Positions 20,486-30,204 of a stretch of DNA of 64,000 nucleotides are shown here, piece by piece. Below the pieces are notes generated by a model that saw nothing but the letters and a program-made list of their open reading frames with translations, had not been told where the DNA came from and made no database searches. Source of the stretch: Nitrosopumilus sp. (GTDB lineage: Archaea; Thermoproteota; Nitrososphaeria; Nitrososphaerales; Nitrosopumilaceae); the NCBI GenBank assembly GCA_965205215.1, contig OZ242041.1, positions 1,280,001 to 1,344,000 on the forward strand, written 5' to 3'. Both the position numbers and the translations under genes were made by a program. Position 1 is the stretch's first letter. Each line of letters begins with the position of its first letter.

Positions 20486-21862
20486 TTGACTCCACGAGGG
20501 TTAAAAATAACCATAAAGGAATCTAGTCACGCAGGAAAGCACGCAAAGCTGATCCTTGATGACGGAACCGTCCTTGAGGGGGATGGCTTTGGGAGTTCTA
20601 CCACCGTATTTGGGGAGATCGTGTTCAATACTGGAATGGTCGGGTATACGGAGGCCCTGACCGACCCGTCGTACAACGGGCAGATACTCACGCTGACCTA
20701 TCCGCTTGTGGGGAACTACGGGGTGCCTGACCCGTCCGCACTCGACGCGGACGGCATACCGAGGTTCTTCGAGTCGGACCGCATACAGGCCCGCGGGCTC
20801 GTAGTGCATGAGCTCTCTCTTGTCGCGAGCCATTGGAACATGCACATGACCCTTGACGAATGGATGCACGGACAGGGCATCCCGGGAATATCCGGTCTGG
20901 ACACGAGGGCCCTTACAAAGGGGCTCCGGACGGGCGGCGTGATGATGGCGGCCCTTGCAGTGTCCGATTCTGAGATTGACGCGGACCTGGTAAGGGCCAG
21001 ACTTGCAGAGTCGCCCCGGTATACGTCAGAGCAGTTCATGGACGCAGTGTCGACCAAGTCCCCGCGCTCGTACGGGTGCGGCGCGCAGCGCGCGGCCGGG
21101 GGGGGCAACGGCGACGGAGGCGGGGAGAGAAAAAGGCCGATCGTGGTGATCGACACGGGCGCAAAGCATGCGATACTGCGCAACGTACGCTCTCTTGGAT
21201 ACGGCGCCATACTGGTGCCGTGGAACACCCCGTACGAGGACGTGATGTCGTACGACCCGGCAGGCGTCGTCATCAGCAGCGGGCCCGGAGATCCGGAGAA
21301 ATGCAAGGAGACCGTACAGACTGCCGCGCGCCTGATAAAAGACGACGTTCCGACCCTGGGCATATGCCTGGGCGCGCAGATACTGGGCCTTGCGGGAAGC
21401 GCCCGCACGTACAAGCTAAAGTACGGACACAGGGGCCAGAACAAACCCTGCACCAACCTTGAGACCGGGCAGACGTACGTGACGAGCCAGAACCACGGGT
21501 ACGGGATATCCCCCGACTCGTTGCAGGACTCTGAGTTTGACCTGTGGTTCTCAAACGCCGACGACGACACGGTGGAGGGCATTAAACACAAGTCGAGCCG
21601 GTGCATCGCAGTGCAGTTCCACCCGGAGGCGTCGCCGGGTCCATACGACTGCCGGTTCGTGTTTGAGAACCTGAGGGACCTCATAGAGGGGGGGCCGGGC
21701 GAGGCGGCCGGCGGGAGCGCGCAGGATGGCAGTAATGGTAGCGACCACGGCAACGATAACGGCGGCAGCAGCGGCAGCCACGACGGCAGCAGCAGCAACA
21801 CCCAAAAAACATCACGCTTGCAGGATGCAGAGGAGGTGATAACAGCAACTGCCAAAGAATGA
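20486..21862 (+). CDS. carA: Carbamoyl-phosphate synthase small subunit
   Basis: GEIVFNTGMVGY.E.LTDPSY, SGPGDP, GICLG, TSQNHGY, VQFHPEASPGP. Exact start uncertain. Confidence 0.96.
   Translation: MTPRGLKITIKESSHAGKHAKLILDDGTVLEGDGFGSSTTVFGEIVFNTGMVGYTEALTDPSYNGQILTLTYPLVGNYGVPDPSALDADGIPRFFESDRIQARGLVVHELSLVASHWNMHMTLDEWMHGQGIPGISGLDTRALTKGLRTGGVMMAALAVSDSEIDADLVRARLAESPRYTSEQFMDAVSTKSPRSYGCGAQRAAGGGNGDGGGERKRPIVVIDTGAKHAILRNVRSLGYGAILVPWNTPYEDVMSYDPAGVVISSGPGDPEKCKETVQTAARLIKDDVPTLGICLGAQILGLAGSARTYKLKYGHRGQNKPCTNLETGQTYVTSQNHGYGISPDSLQDSEFDLWFSNADDDTVEGIKHKSSRCIAVQFHPEASPGPYDCRFVFENLRDLIEGGPGEAAGGSAQDGSNGSDHGNDNGGSSGSHDGSSSNTQKTSRLQDAEEVITATAKE
21832..21839 (+). promoter_or_regulatory. Shine-Dalgarno site GGAGGTGA for carB
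   Basis: Perfect archaeal SD 9 nt upstream of CTG 21849, inside the carA 3' end. Confidence 0.7.
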
Positions 21863-24800
21863 GACGCTCAAGAAGATACTCGTGCTTGGAAGCGGGGCCA
21901 TCAAGATCGGAGAGGCCGGCGAAAGCCGCTGAAACGGCCGCCATTTCGACTACTCCGGCAGCCAGTGCCTCAAGGCCATACACGAGGACGGACTGGACAG
22001 CGTGCTGATAAACCCGAACATTGCGACGATCCAGACTGACACGCGGTTCGCAGACAAGGTATACCTGCTGCCCGTCACTCCGGACTACGTATCCTCCATA
22101 ATAGAGACCGAGCGGCCTGACGGGATAATGCTCGCGTACGGGGGGCAGACCGCGCTCAACTGCGGCGTCAAGCTTGACGAGTCCGGCGTGCTTGCCAAAT
22201 ACGGCGTACGCGTGCTCGGCACTCCGGTATCGGGCATCAAGAATACCGAGGACAGGCAGCTCTTCAAGGACGCCATGGGCGGGGCGGGGGTGCCCGTGCT
22301 GAGGAGCAAGACCGTGACAAACTTTGCAGACGCAAAGACCGTGGCAGAGGAGCTCTCGTACCCCGTGATAGTCAGGGTGGCGTACACGCTTGGCGGGCGC
22401 GGCGGGGGCGTCGCGTACAACGAGATCGAGCTGCACGAGATTGTGGAGCGCGGCATAAAGGCGAGCCTGGTGGGGCAGGTGCTGATAGAGGAGTACGTGG
22501 GCGAGTGGAAGCAGATCGAGTATGAGGTCATGCAGGACTATTCGGGTAACAGCGTAATCGTGTGCAACATGGAGAACGTCCTGTCCATGAAGGCGCATAC
22601 GGGCGACAACATCGTGGTGGCGCCGTCCCAGACCATAGACAACGCCGAGTACCACATGCTGCGCTCGGCCGCCCTGCGGGCCACCGCGTACGTGGGGATT
22701 GTGGGCGAGTGCAACATACAGTACGCGCTGGCGCCGGACTCTGACCGGTACGTGGCAATTGAGATAAACCCGCGGCTCTCGAGATCCTCGGCGCTTGCAA
22801 GCAAGGCGACCGGATATCCGCTTGCGTACATGTCTGCCAAGATAGGGCTTGGGTACAAGCTGTCCGAGCTTGTCAACCGCATTACGAAAAGCACCACGGC
22901 CTGCTTTGAGCCGTCCCTTGACTACGTGGTCTGCAAGCATCCCCGGTGGGACTTTGCAAAGTTTGAGATGGCCAACAGGCGCCTCGGCCCCACCATGAAG
23001 TCCGTCGGCGAGGTGATGGCGGTGGGCCGCACGTTTGAGGAGTCGCTGCAAAAGGCAATACGCATGCTTGACATTGGGAACGACGGGCTGGTGCTGAACC
23101 GCGTTGACTATACAATATATGGCCACAATGAGGGTGGCGACGGCCGCACCCCCGACGTCGAGGAGATAGAGGAGCGCCTCTCGCACCATGACGACCGCAT
23201 ACTGTACAACGTGGCGGCCGCAATCAAAATGGGGATAAGCACCGAGCGGATATACAAGCTGTCCGCGATCGACCCGTGGTTCATAGAAAAGATACGGCAC
23301 GTGGTGCAGGTTGCCGACAGGCTCGTCTCAAGTGACGGCAAAGGCGGCAGAACCGGAGCAGGCGGCGACAGCAGCGGCAGCGACAGCAGCGGCGACAACA
23401 ACAACGGTGGTAGCAGCAGCAGCAGCAAGGTGCCCTCACGCCTCATGTGGGAGGCCAAAAAGGCTGGATTCTCCGACGCGCAGATAGCGCGTGCGCGCCA
23501 GACGTCCCCGGACGCCGTCCGAGAATGGCGCAAGTCGATGGGCGTCACTCCGTCTGTAAAGCAGATAGACACGCTAGCGGCCGAATGGCCCGCCGTGACA
23601 AACTACCTGTACGTGACGTACGGGGGCGGCCACGACGACGTACGCCTGTCCGGCCCCGACGACCGCGGAATCGTGGTGGTGGGGGCGGGGCCCTACCGCA
23701 TAGGAAGCAGCGTGGAGTTTGACTGGGGGACAGTAAACATGGTGTGGGGGCTGCAGGAGAACGGCGAGAAGAACGTAGTCGTAGTCAACTGCAACCCCGA
23801 GACGGTCTCTACCGACTATGACATCTGCTCCCGCCTCTACTTTGAGGAGCTTACGCAGGAGAGGCTGCTTGACATATCCGACTTTGAGAGGCCAAAGGGG
23901 GTCATAACGTGCGTCGGGGGGCAGACTGCAAACAATCTTACGCTGGGCGCGGCGCGCCGCGGCGTCCACATCATGGGGACTGCCGCCTCCGACGTCGACA
24001 GGGCCGAGGACCGCTCCAAGTTCAGCGCCGAGCTTGACAAGCTGCGCATACGGCAGCCGGAATGGCAGGCGTTTGCCAGCATGGCAGACGCGCGCGCCTT
24101 TGCGGCTTCGGTCGGCTACCCGGTTATAGTGAGGCCCTCGTACGTGCTGTCCGGCGCCGCGATGAAGGTGGTGTGGTCCCGGGACGAGCTCAGCACGTAT
24201 GTCAGGGAGGCGGCCGACGTCTCGCCCGACCACCCGGTCGTGATATCAAAGTTCATGCTCAACTCGCTGGAGGTCGACGTGGACGGCGTGGCCGACGGCA
24301 AGGACGTGGTGATAGGGGCGATCGTGGAGCATATAGACAGCGCCGGCGTGCACTCGGGGGACGCCATGATGTGCATCCCGCCATGGCGCCTGAGCAACAA
24401 CACCATAGACACCATCACCGAGTACACCAAGAAGATCGCCCTGACCTTTGGCGTGAGGGGCCCGTTCAACCTGCAGTTTCTGGTGAGCGACGGGCAGGTG
24501 TACGTGATAGAGCTGAACATAAGGGCCTCCCGGTCCATGCCGTTTGTCTCAAAGTTCGTGCGCTCAAACCTCATCGCGCTTGCGGCACGGGCGATTCTCG
24601 GCAAGCCCCTGAGCCCCATACCCGAGGAGAAGTGGCGCCGCACCGCCACGTACGGGATAAAGGTGCCGCAGTTCTCCTTTATGCAGCTTGACGGGGCCGA
24701 CATTGCGCTGGGAGTCGAGATGCAGTCGACAGGCGAGGCCGCCTGCTTTGGAAACAGCTTTTATGACGCACTCTCAAAGGGACTCACCTCCGTGGGCTAC

Positions 24801-25250
24801 AACCTGCCCGATTCCGGGGCCGCGCTGGTGACTGTGGGCGGGGCCAGGAACAAGGAAAAGCTGATTCCTGCAATCGCAAAGCTGAAGGATCTCGGGTTTG
24901 AGATCATGGCAACGGAGCACACCGCGGAGTTCATCTCCGAGGTGGTGGGGCCGGTCCGTACGGTCCACAAGATATCCGAGCCGGATCGCAAGCCGAACAT
25001 CGCGGACCTGCTGTACGAGCGCAAGATTGACTTTATACTCAACATACCAAGCACCTCTACCTTGGAAAAGTACGTCGGGATGCTGGAGGACGAGTACCAG
25101 ATACGCCGCAAGGCGCTCGAGCTCGGGGTCCCTGTCCTGACCACAGTCGAGCTTGCAGACTCTTTTGTAAAGACTCTGGAGTGGCTGCGCACAAACAAGA
25201 CGACAAGGGACCACCTGCCGTCGTATTCTGACGGCAGCGGCAATCGGTAA
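21849..25250 (+). CDS. carB: Carbamoyl-phosphate synthase large subunit; exons 21849-21923 and 21945-25250
   Basis: The conserved N-terminus (M)[35 protein letters not shown] is in frame with, and upstream of, the track's 22002 start but is split by a 21-nt insert containing TGA. The rest has two ATP-grasp halves and an MGS domain. Confidence 0.93.
21924..21944 (+). other. Putative 21-nt archaeal bulge-helix-bulge intron in carB mRNA
   Basis: GGCG-AA^A-GCCG-CTGAAA-CGGC-CGCC-AT^T; removal gives GGC GAA TTC GAC (G-E-F-D). Confidence 0.85.
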
Positions 25251-25426
25251 CGACGGCGGCGACGACAACGGTGATCTGAGAATAGACGCCGTCAAGCGTC
25301 GTGACTGGCTTGCGGCTCCGCTGCCGCCAGACCCCACACCGGCCGCCCCTGCCGCCACCGCGCTCCGCACGCATGATGGGCCACCCTGGATTGTCCCTGG
25401 ATGGGACATAGCGTTATACGCACCGC

Positions 25427-25801
25427 ATGCGACTACACCGTGTGAGCGCGCACGACTCTGCCTCGGCAGCCGCTGGTACGGAGGCCGACGCCCCCCCGGA
25501 TTCCGCCGCCGACAGGGCCATCTCTACCGCGTCGGCAGGCAGGGTGAAGGTGCACCGGTTTGAACCGAGTGGGAGGAGCATAATGACCGTGGTGGGAAAG
25601 GGGGACGAGCACTGGGTGGACTCGGGCATGGGGTTCTGCTCGTGCCGCGCGTTCTATTTTGCGATGACGCGCGGCGGGAACCCGTCGTGCTACCACATAA
25701 AGTCGGCCCGCGTCGCGTTGGACTCTGGAAAGGCAGAGGTGATTGTATTTGGCGACGAGGAGTTTGACGATTTTGTGCGGGGGCTCGTGCCGGAACTATA
25801 G
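25427..25801 (+). CDS. SWIM-type zinc finger protein
   Basis: FCSCRAFYF...CYHIKS (CxC...CxH). Confidence 0.75.
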   Translation: MRLHRVSAHDSASAAAGTEADAPPDSAADRAISTASAGRVKVHRFEPSGRSIMTVVGKGDEHWVDSGMGFCSCRAFYFAMTRGGNPSCYHIKSARVALDSGKAEVIVFGDEEFDDFVRGLVPEL

Positions 25802-25961
25802 GGCGACTGCACCACTGCCGCTGTAGATGTGGCTGTCACCGTTGCCGCATCACGGGGTGTCTGGCCATGGGCCGGAGCCCTGCCCGCCCGCCCCGCCCAA
25901 ATGCCACAGTTAATAGGGTTCCTGCGCGTATCCATAGCTGACATGGGAGGAATGCGTGCAG

Positions 25962-26261
25962 ATGCCCGATGAGATCGGAATCAACTCAGAAGTGGAGAGA
26001 CTGGCAAACCTGATGCTGCACGACGGGATCCCTGCCGACGAGCAGGACCGCGGCAAGCTTGAGCCGTATGCGCGGCAGGTGCGCCTTGACGCATGCGGCA
26101 TCTCAGAATCCGACGAGAACAGGGACGAAAAGGCGATGAACGTCGTATACGAGGCCCTCTTGTACCGGAAGATGAAGGCCTCTGATGAGAGCAGCGGCAG
26201 TCGCGGCCGGAGCACAAGCATACTTGACCGGGGCTCCGAGTTCGGGGCCGGCTTTAGCTAG
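25962..26261 (+). CDS. Hypothetical protein
   Basis: Clean ORF with genome-like codon usage (EVERLANLMLHD...VYEALLYRKMK). Confidence 0.7.
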   Translation: MPDEIGINSEVERLANLMLHDGIPADEQDRGKLEPYARQVRLDACGISESDENRDEKAMNVVYEALLYRKMKASDESSGSRGRSTSILDRGSEFGAGFS

Positions 26262-26262
26262 C

Positions 26263-26562
26263 TCATCCAAGCGGTATAGTATCTATCACGTCGCTGGATA
26301 CGCCCTTCCACAGTCCTATCATGCCCTCTGGCTCCACCTGCTCGACCTTTGTTATGCGCTGTATCTTTATGTGATCCGGGTTGGGTGGCATCCAGAGCAT
26401 GGCCATATAGTCGTCCACGTTCCCCACGGCATCGGGCCTTGCCATTGTTATCTTGTCCGCACCAAATCCAGAGGATGTCAGGGCGGCAGTCGCCTTTTCC
26501 CTGAGGTCCATCCTGCCGTGCAAGAAGAGGTAGACGTCCTTTGTAGTGTCGTACTCTGCCAT
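26263..26562 (-). CDS. Hypothetical protein (thaumarchaeal type)
   Basis: MAEYDTTKDVYLFLHGRMDLREKA...GMIGLWKGVS. The track's upstream extension reads as non-coding. Confidence 0.7.
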   Translation of the reverse strand: MAEYDTTKDVYLFLHGRMDLREKATAALTSSGFGADKITMARPDAVGNVDDYMAMLWMPPNPDHIKIQRITKVEQVEPEGMIGLWKGVSSDVIDTIPLG

Positions 26563-26891
26563 GCAGTGCGGTCGCGACTGGCGGTAAATCAACCTTTCTG
26601 ACTGGCATGATCCGCGTGACGGCCGTACGCGCCCTCGGATCGATTCCATATTCATTTCCGGCCGCCCCGCGTCTTGCCATTCTGGGCGTAAAACTTCAAC
26701 CGGCCTGAACGTACGCTGGCGGCCAACTGAAACTGGAACAAGAGCATGCGCACGGCCCTGATCCATACCGGGATCCGCCTTGCGCATCGGGGTCTCCGAG
26801 CACATGCATGGTGCGCCGGGGGAGGGGCGATCCCCTTCGAAGACGGCGGCGGCCGCAATAGGGTTAAATTGGAACGGGCAGTCGGCAGGGC

Positions 26892-27185
26892 ATGAAGGTG
26901 GTCACGGTTGGGAGCAAGTCATTTGTTACTAGCTTTCAGCTTGCCGGGGTCCAGGGCGTGATATCCGAGGATCCGCGCGAGGCGCTCGGGCACATACGCA
27001 AGCTAACCGACGACTCCGATGTGGGGCTGGTACTGGTAAGCGACGACGTGACAAAGGAGATCGGGGACGCGCTGACGGCGCTGCGCGCAGAAAAGTCCGC
27101 CCTAGTGTTTGCGCTGCCTGCGGCCGGAAGCGAAAAGACAGAGGTCGACTACAGGGCGATGCTAAAAAAGATCCTCGGGGTCTGA
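26892..27185 (+). CDS. atpF: A/V-type ATP synthase subunit F
   Basis: MKVVTVG....VTSFQLAGV, DVGLVLVS, C-terminal LKKILGV; 97 aa. Confidence 0.88.
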   Translation: MKVVTVGSKSFVTSFQLAGVQGVISEDPREALGHIRKLTDDSDVGLVLVSDDVTKEIGDALTALRAEKSALVFALPAAGSEKTEVDYRAMLKKILGV

Positions 27186-27254
27186 CTGCCCGCGCCTGCT
27201 AGCGGTAGCCCGATTGGCATTCTATTTATGGCTGGCCACACGCATCCGATTCTA

Positions 27255-28334
27255 ATGAAGACCGTAACGGTGGCGGGGCCATCGCAGGTGAGGGTGCTTG
27301 ATAACGAGGATGCCAGGCCGGGGCCCGGCGAGCTCGTAGTCGAGATGAAGGCCTGCGGCATATGCGGCTCTGACCTTGAGAAGGTGTTCGGGCAGTACGG
27401 ACAACCGTCGATGCGGCTCGGCCACGAGCCTGCCGGTGTCGTAGTGGACGTGGGGGAGCCGGTTGCCGGCGACCCCGATGGTGGCGCACGCCCCGTAGGA
27501 TTCTCCAGGGGCGACAGGGTTTTTACGCATCACCACGTCCCGTGCTACTCGTGCCACCTGTGCGCGCACGGGCAGGAGACCATGTGCCCGAGATACTACG
27601 AGACCAACCTGTCGCCATGCGGCCTCTCCGAGCGGTACGTGGTTCCTGCATGGAACGTCTCGCACGGGGGCGTCCTAAAGCTGTCTGACTCAACCACGTT
27701 TGCCGAGGCCGCGATGATAGAGCCGCTTGCGTGCTGCGTGAGGGCATGGCGCAAGATCGACCACCGTCCTGGGGACAGCGTGGCAGTGTACGGCGTGGGG
27801 CCGACCGGTATAATGCACGTCATGCTTGCGACTATGCGGAACTCGTCGAGCATAACGTGCCTTGACCTGAACGACTACCGCCTGCAGTTTGCATCGGGTG
27901 TAATGGGGGAGGACTCCCCGTCGGCCGTACGGACGGTGCGCTCCGATGACAACTCGCGACGGGACGTGATACTGGGACAGAGCGGGGAGCTTGGCGCCGA
28001 CGTGTCGATAGTGGCCACGAGCAGCATTCAGGCCCTCGCGGACGCGATATCCATGACGCGCAAGGGCGGCACGGTGATGATGTTCGGCGTGCCGTCAAAG
28101 GGCGCGACGATGGAGGCAGACATGGCCGACATCTACTCGCGCGAGATCACCCTTCTTACAAGCTATGCCGCGTCCGACCGCGATACTGCCGAGGCGCTCG
28201 GACTGATTGAGTCGGGAAAGATAGACGTCGGCCGACTCATCACGCACTCCTACGGCCTGTCCGACTCGCAGAGGGCGTTTGAACACGCGCGCGCGGGAGA
28301 CGGGGCGATGAAGATAATAATTACGGGCGACTGA
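27255..28334 (+). CDS. Zinc-dependent (MDR) alcohol/threonine dehydrogenase-like protein
   Basis: CGICGSD, GHE, structural-zinc C..C..C...C, EPLAC, G.GPTG. Confidence 0.9.
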   Translation: MKTVTVAGPSQVRVLDNEDARPGPGELVVEMKACGICGSDLEKVFGQYGQPSMRLGHEPAGVVVDVGEPVAGDPDGGARPVGFSRGDRVFTHHHVPCYSCHLCAHGQETMCPRYYETNLSPCGLSERYVVPAWNVSHGGVLKLSDSTTFAEAAMIEPLACCVRAWRKIDHRPGDSVAVYGVGPTGIMHVMLATMRNSSSITCLDLNDYRLQFASGVMGEDSPSAVRTVRSDDNSRRDVILGQSGELGADVSIVATSSIQALADAISMTRKGGTVMMFGVPSKGATMEADMADIYSREITLLTSYAASDRDTAEALGLIESGKIDVGRLITHSYGLSDSQRAFEHARAGDGAMKIIITGD

Positions 28335-28386
28335 CCTGCAGCGGCCACCCGCCTAGGCTTATATTTAGACGGGCGACATGCGTTCA

Positions 28387-29583
28387 GTGTTGGAGTGCAA
28401 GCAGATGTGTGCCGATTCAAAGGCCTCCAAGCCGGCCGACGGCAGGGGCAGATACGAGGCAGGGCAGCGCCGGTGCAACACATGCGGCGTGTTTTTTGAC
28501 ACTGCGAACATGCACTGCCAGTGCTGCGGCACCAAGCTCAGGACAAAGCCGCGCTCAAAGGCAGGCAAGGAGAGGCTGGCGACCGTCCACTCCGGACCCG
28601 CCGCAACGGCCGCGGGGACGACGGCCCCGAATCATACCAAGACAAAACCCGCCTCTGCCCCCGAACCGAAGCGGGCGGCAAAGACGTCGGGCTCCAAGCC
28701 GCAAAAAGGACGGAACGGTGCTGCGACGACGACAACGACGACTGCCAAATCCGCCACCGCTGTCACAGCCACGCGCGGCCCGAATCTTGGCGGGATGGAC
28801 TGGGGGCTTGCAAACAGAATGGCGTCCATAATCAGGCCCGAGGACAACCGTGCCCTCATGCTTGCCGTGGATCACGGGTACTTTCTAGGGCCCACCGAGA
28901 GGCTCGAGGAACCCGACAGGGTCATAGCCCCCCTCTTGGAATACTGCGACTCGCTCATGCTGACGCGCGGAGTCCAGCGCACGTCGGTTCCTCCGACCAC
29001 CCGGACCCCGATGGTACTTCGCGTATCCGGCGGTTCTAGCATCATAGGGGAGGATCTATCACAGGAGGACGTCACGGTATCCATACAGGACGCCATAAGG
29101 CTCAACGCCTCGGCCCTTGCGCTCTCCATCTTTGTCGGCTCAAAGTACGAGTACCAGACCATAGCGAATCTGGGGCGGCTTGTCGGCCAGGCGCAGGAGT
29201 ACGGCATCCCGGTACTCGCTGTCACGGCAGTCGGCAAGGAACTCGGCAAGGACGCCAGGTACCTGTCGCTTGCGTGCAGGATCGCCGCCGAACAGGGTGC
29301 GCACATTGTAAAGACGTACTATTGCGAGGACTTTGAAAAGGTCACAAGGTCGTGCCCCGTCCCGATTATAGTTGCCGGTGGAAAAAAGATACCAGAGCGG
29401 GACGCGCTGGAGCTCACATACAATTCCATACGCGGGGGCGCGGTAGGGGTGGACATGGGGCGCAACATATGGCAGTCAGACCACCCGGTCGCAATGATAC
29501 GCGCGGTCCGCTCCATCGTTCACGGCACAAACGACGTGGACCAGGCGTATCGCATGTATCTTGACTTGGCAAAGTCCGGCTAG
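28387..29583 (+). CDS. LsrF-like class I aldolase/thiolase (DhnA family) with an in-frame N-terminal zinc-finger domain
   Basis: LsrF-like part starts MDWGL.NR at 28795 (LAVDHGY, IVKTYY, AGGKK, GVDMGRNIWQ). The upstream frame is open and Cys-rich. Start could be 28378, 28387 or 28390. Confidence 0.8.
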   Translation: MLECKQMCADSKASKPADGRGRYEAGQRRCNTCGVFFDTANMHCQCCGTKLRTKPRSKAGKERLATVHSGPAATAAGTTAPNHTKTKPASAPEPKRAAKTSGSKPQKGRNGAATTTTTTAKSATAVTATRGPNLGGMDWGLANRMASIIRPEDNRALMLAVDHGYFLGPTERLEEPDRVIAPLLEYCDSLMLTRGVQRTSVPPTTRTPMVLRVSGGSSIIGEDLSQEDVTVSIQDAIRLNASALALSIFVGSKYEYQTIANLGRLVGQAQEYGIPVLAVTAVGKELGKDARYLSLACRIAAEQGAHIVKTYYCEDFEKVTRSCPVPIIVAGGKKIPERDALELTYNSIRGGAVGVDMGRNIWQSDHPVAMIRAVRSIVHGTNDVDQAYRMYLDLAKSG

Positions 29584-29622
29584 CGCGCGACAATTAGGGC
29601 GCCAGCAGCTTCGGGCCTCCGG

Positions 29623-30027
29623 TCAGTCCGTCCTTGAGAGGTGTATGTGGACTATCTTCCATGCGGCGCCGTCCTTTATCAGCACGAACGTCGCCCGTCC
29701 CGACACGGTCATGTGCTTGCCTGTAAACGACTTGTTGTCTACCAGCATGCCAGTCTGCACCAGCTCTGCTGCCACTACCGCCGCGTCATCGTACACGCTT
29801 ATCTTTGGGTTCTTTATCTCGTATGAATAGTCCGATATGCTCACAAAGCGCAGCTCCTCGAGCTCGATGGTCTCCTTGTACCCCTTGAGGTCGTACGGCG
29901 GCAGGTCGCTGAAGCTCGAGAACCTCGAGTCGTCAAGCTGTATCTCCCCGAGCCTCGACAGGTCCTTTGTGATTCCCGCCCTGAAGAACTCTTCGATCAC
30001 GCTGATTACGCTGCCGCTCTCGCCCAA
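29623..30027 (-). CDS. SnoaL/NTF2-like (DUF4440-type) protein
   Basis: C-terminal GRATFVLIK....WKIVHIHLS. Confidence 0.8.
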   Translation of the reverse strand: MGESGSVISVIEEFFRAGITKDLSRLGEIQLDDSRFSSFSDLPPYDLKGYKETIELEELRFVSISDYSYEIKNPKISVYDDAAVVAAELVQTGMLVDNKSFTGKHMTVSGRATFVLIKDGAAWKIVHIHLSRTD

Positions 30028-30204
30028 GCCGCTGTTGTCACATGCGGTATCGGTTTAAGTCTTGTGAGCATGCCTGCCTCCTTTTTTTTGCACTGCGGAC
30101 ACCATTCCCGATACCGGTAACGGGAGTTACGGAGGCGCCCTGACAGGCAAGCCGCACTCAGTCGGTCATAAACGCAAAGGCCGGGCGCTGCGGCAAGCGG
30201 CAGA

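Noticed and set aside
21930-21932. Selenocysteine or stop read-through at the carB TGA
   Set aside because: It would leave seven extra residues inside a conserved motif, whereas BHB excision restores the motif exactly; other genes here use TGA as a normal stop.
21681-23300. Long antisense ORFs (e.g. 539 aa here, 390 aa opposite uvrB, 411 aa opposite ilvN/leuA)
   Set aside because: Expected shadows of GC3-rich genes; no recognisable motifs.
21849-25250. carB as a pseudogene
   Set aside because: No other lesion in about 3.4 kb, carA is intact, and the insert's structure matches endonuclease geometry.
26563-26890. Structured ncRNA (SRP or RNase P) in the intergenic gap
   Set aside because: No recognisable conserved motifs; a covariance-model search would be needed.
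26892-27185. Isolated atpF as an anomaly
   Set aside because: Split A-type ATPase gene clusters are common in TACK archaea.
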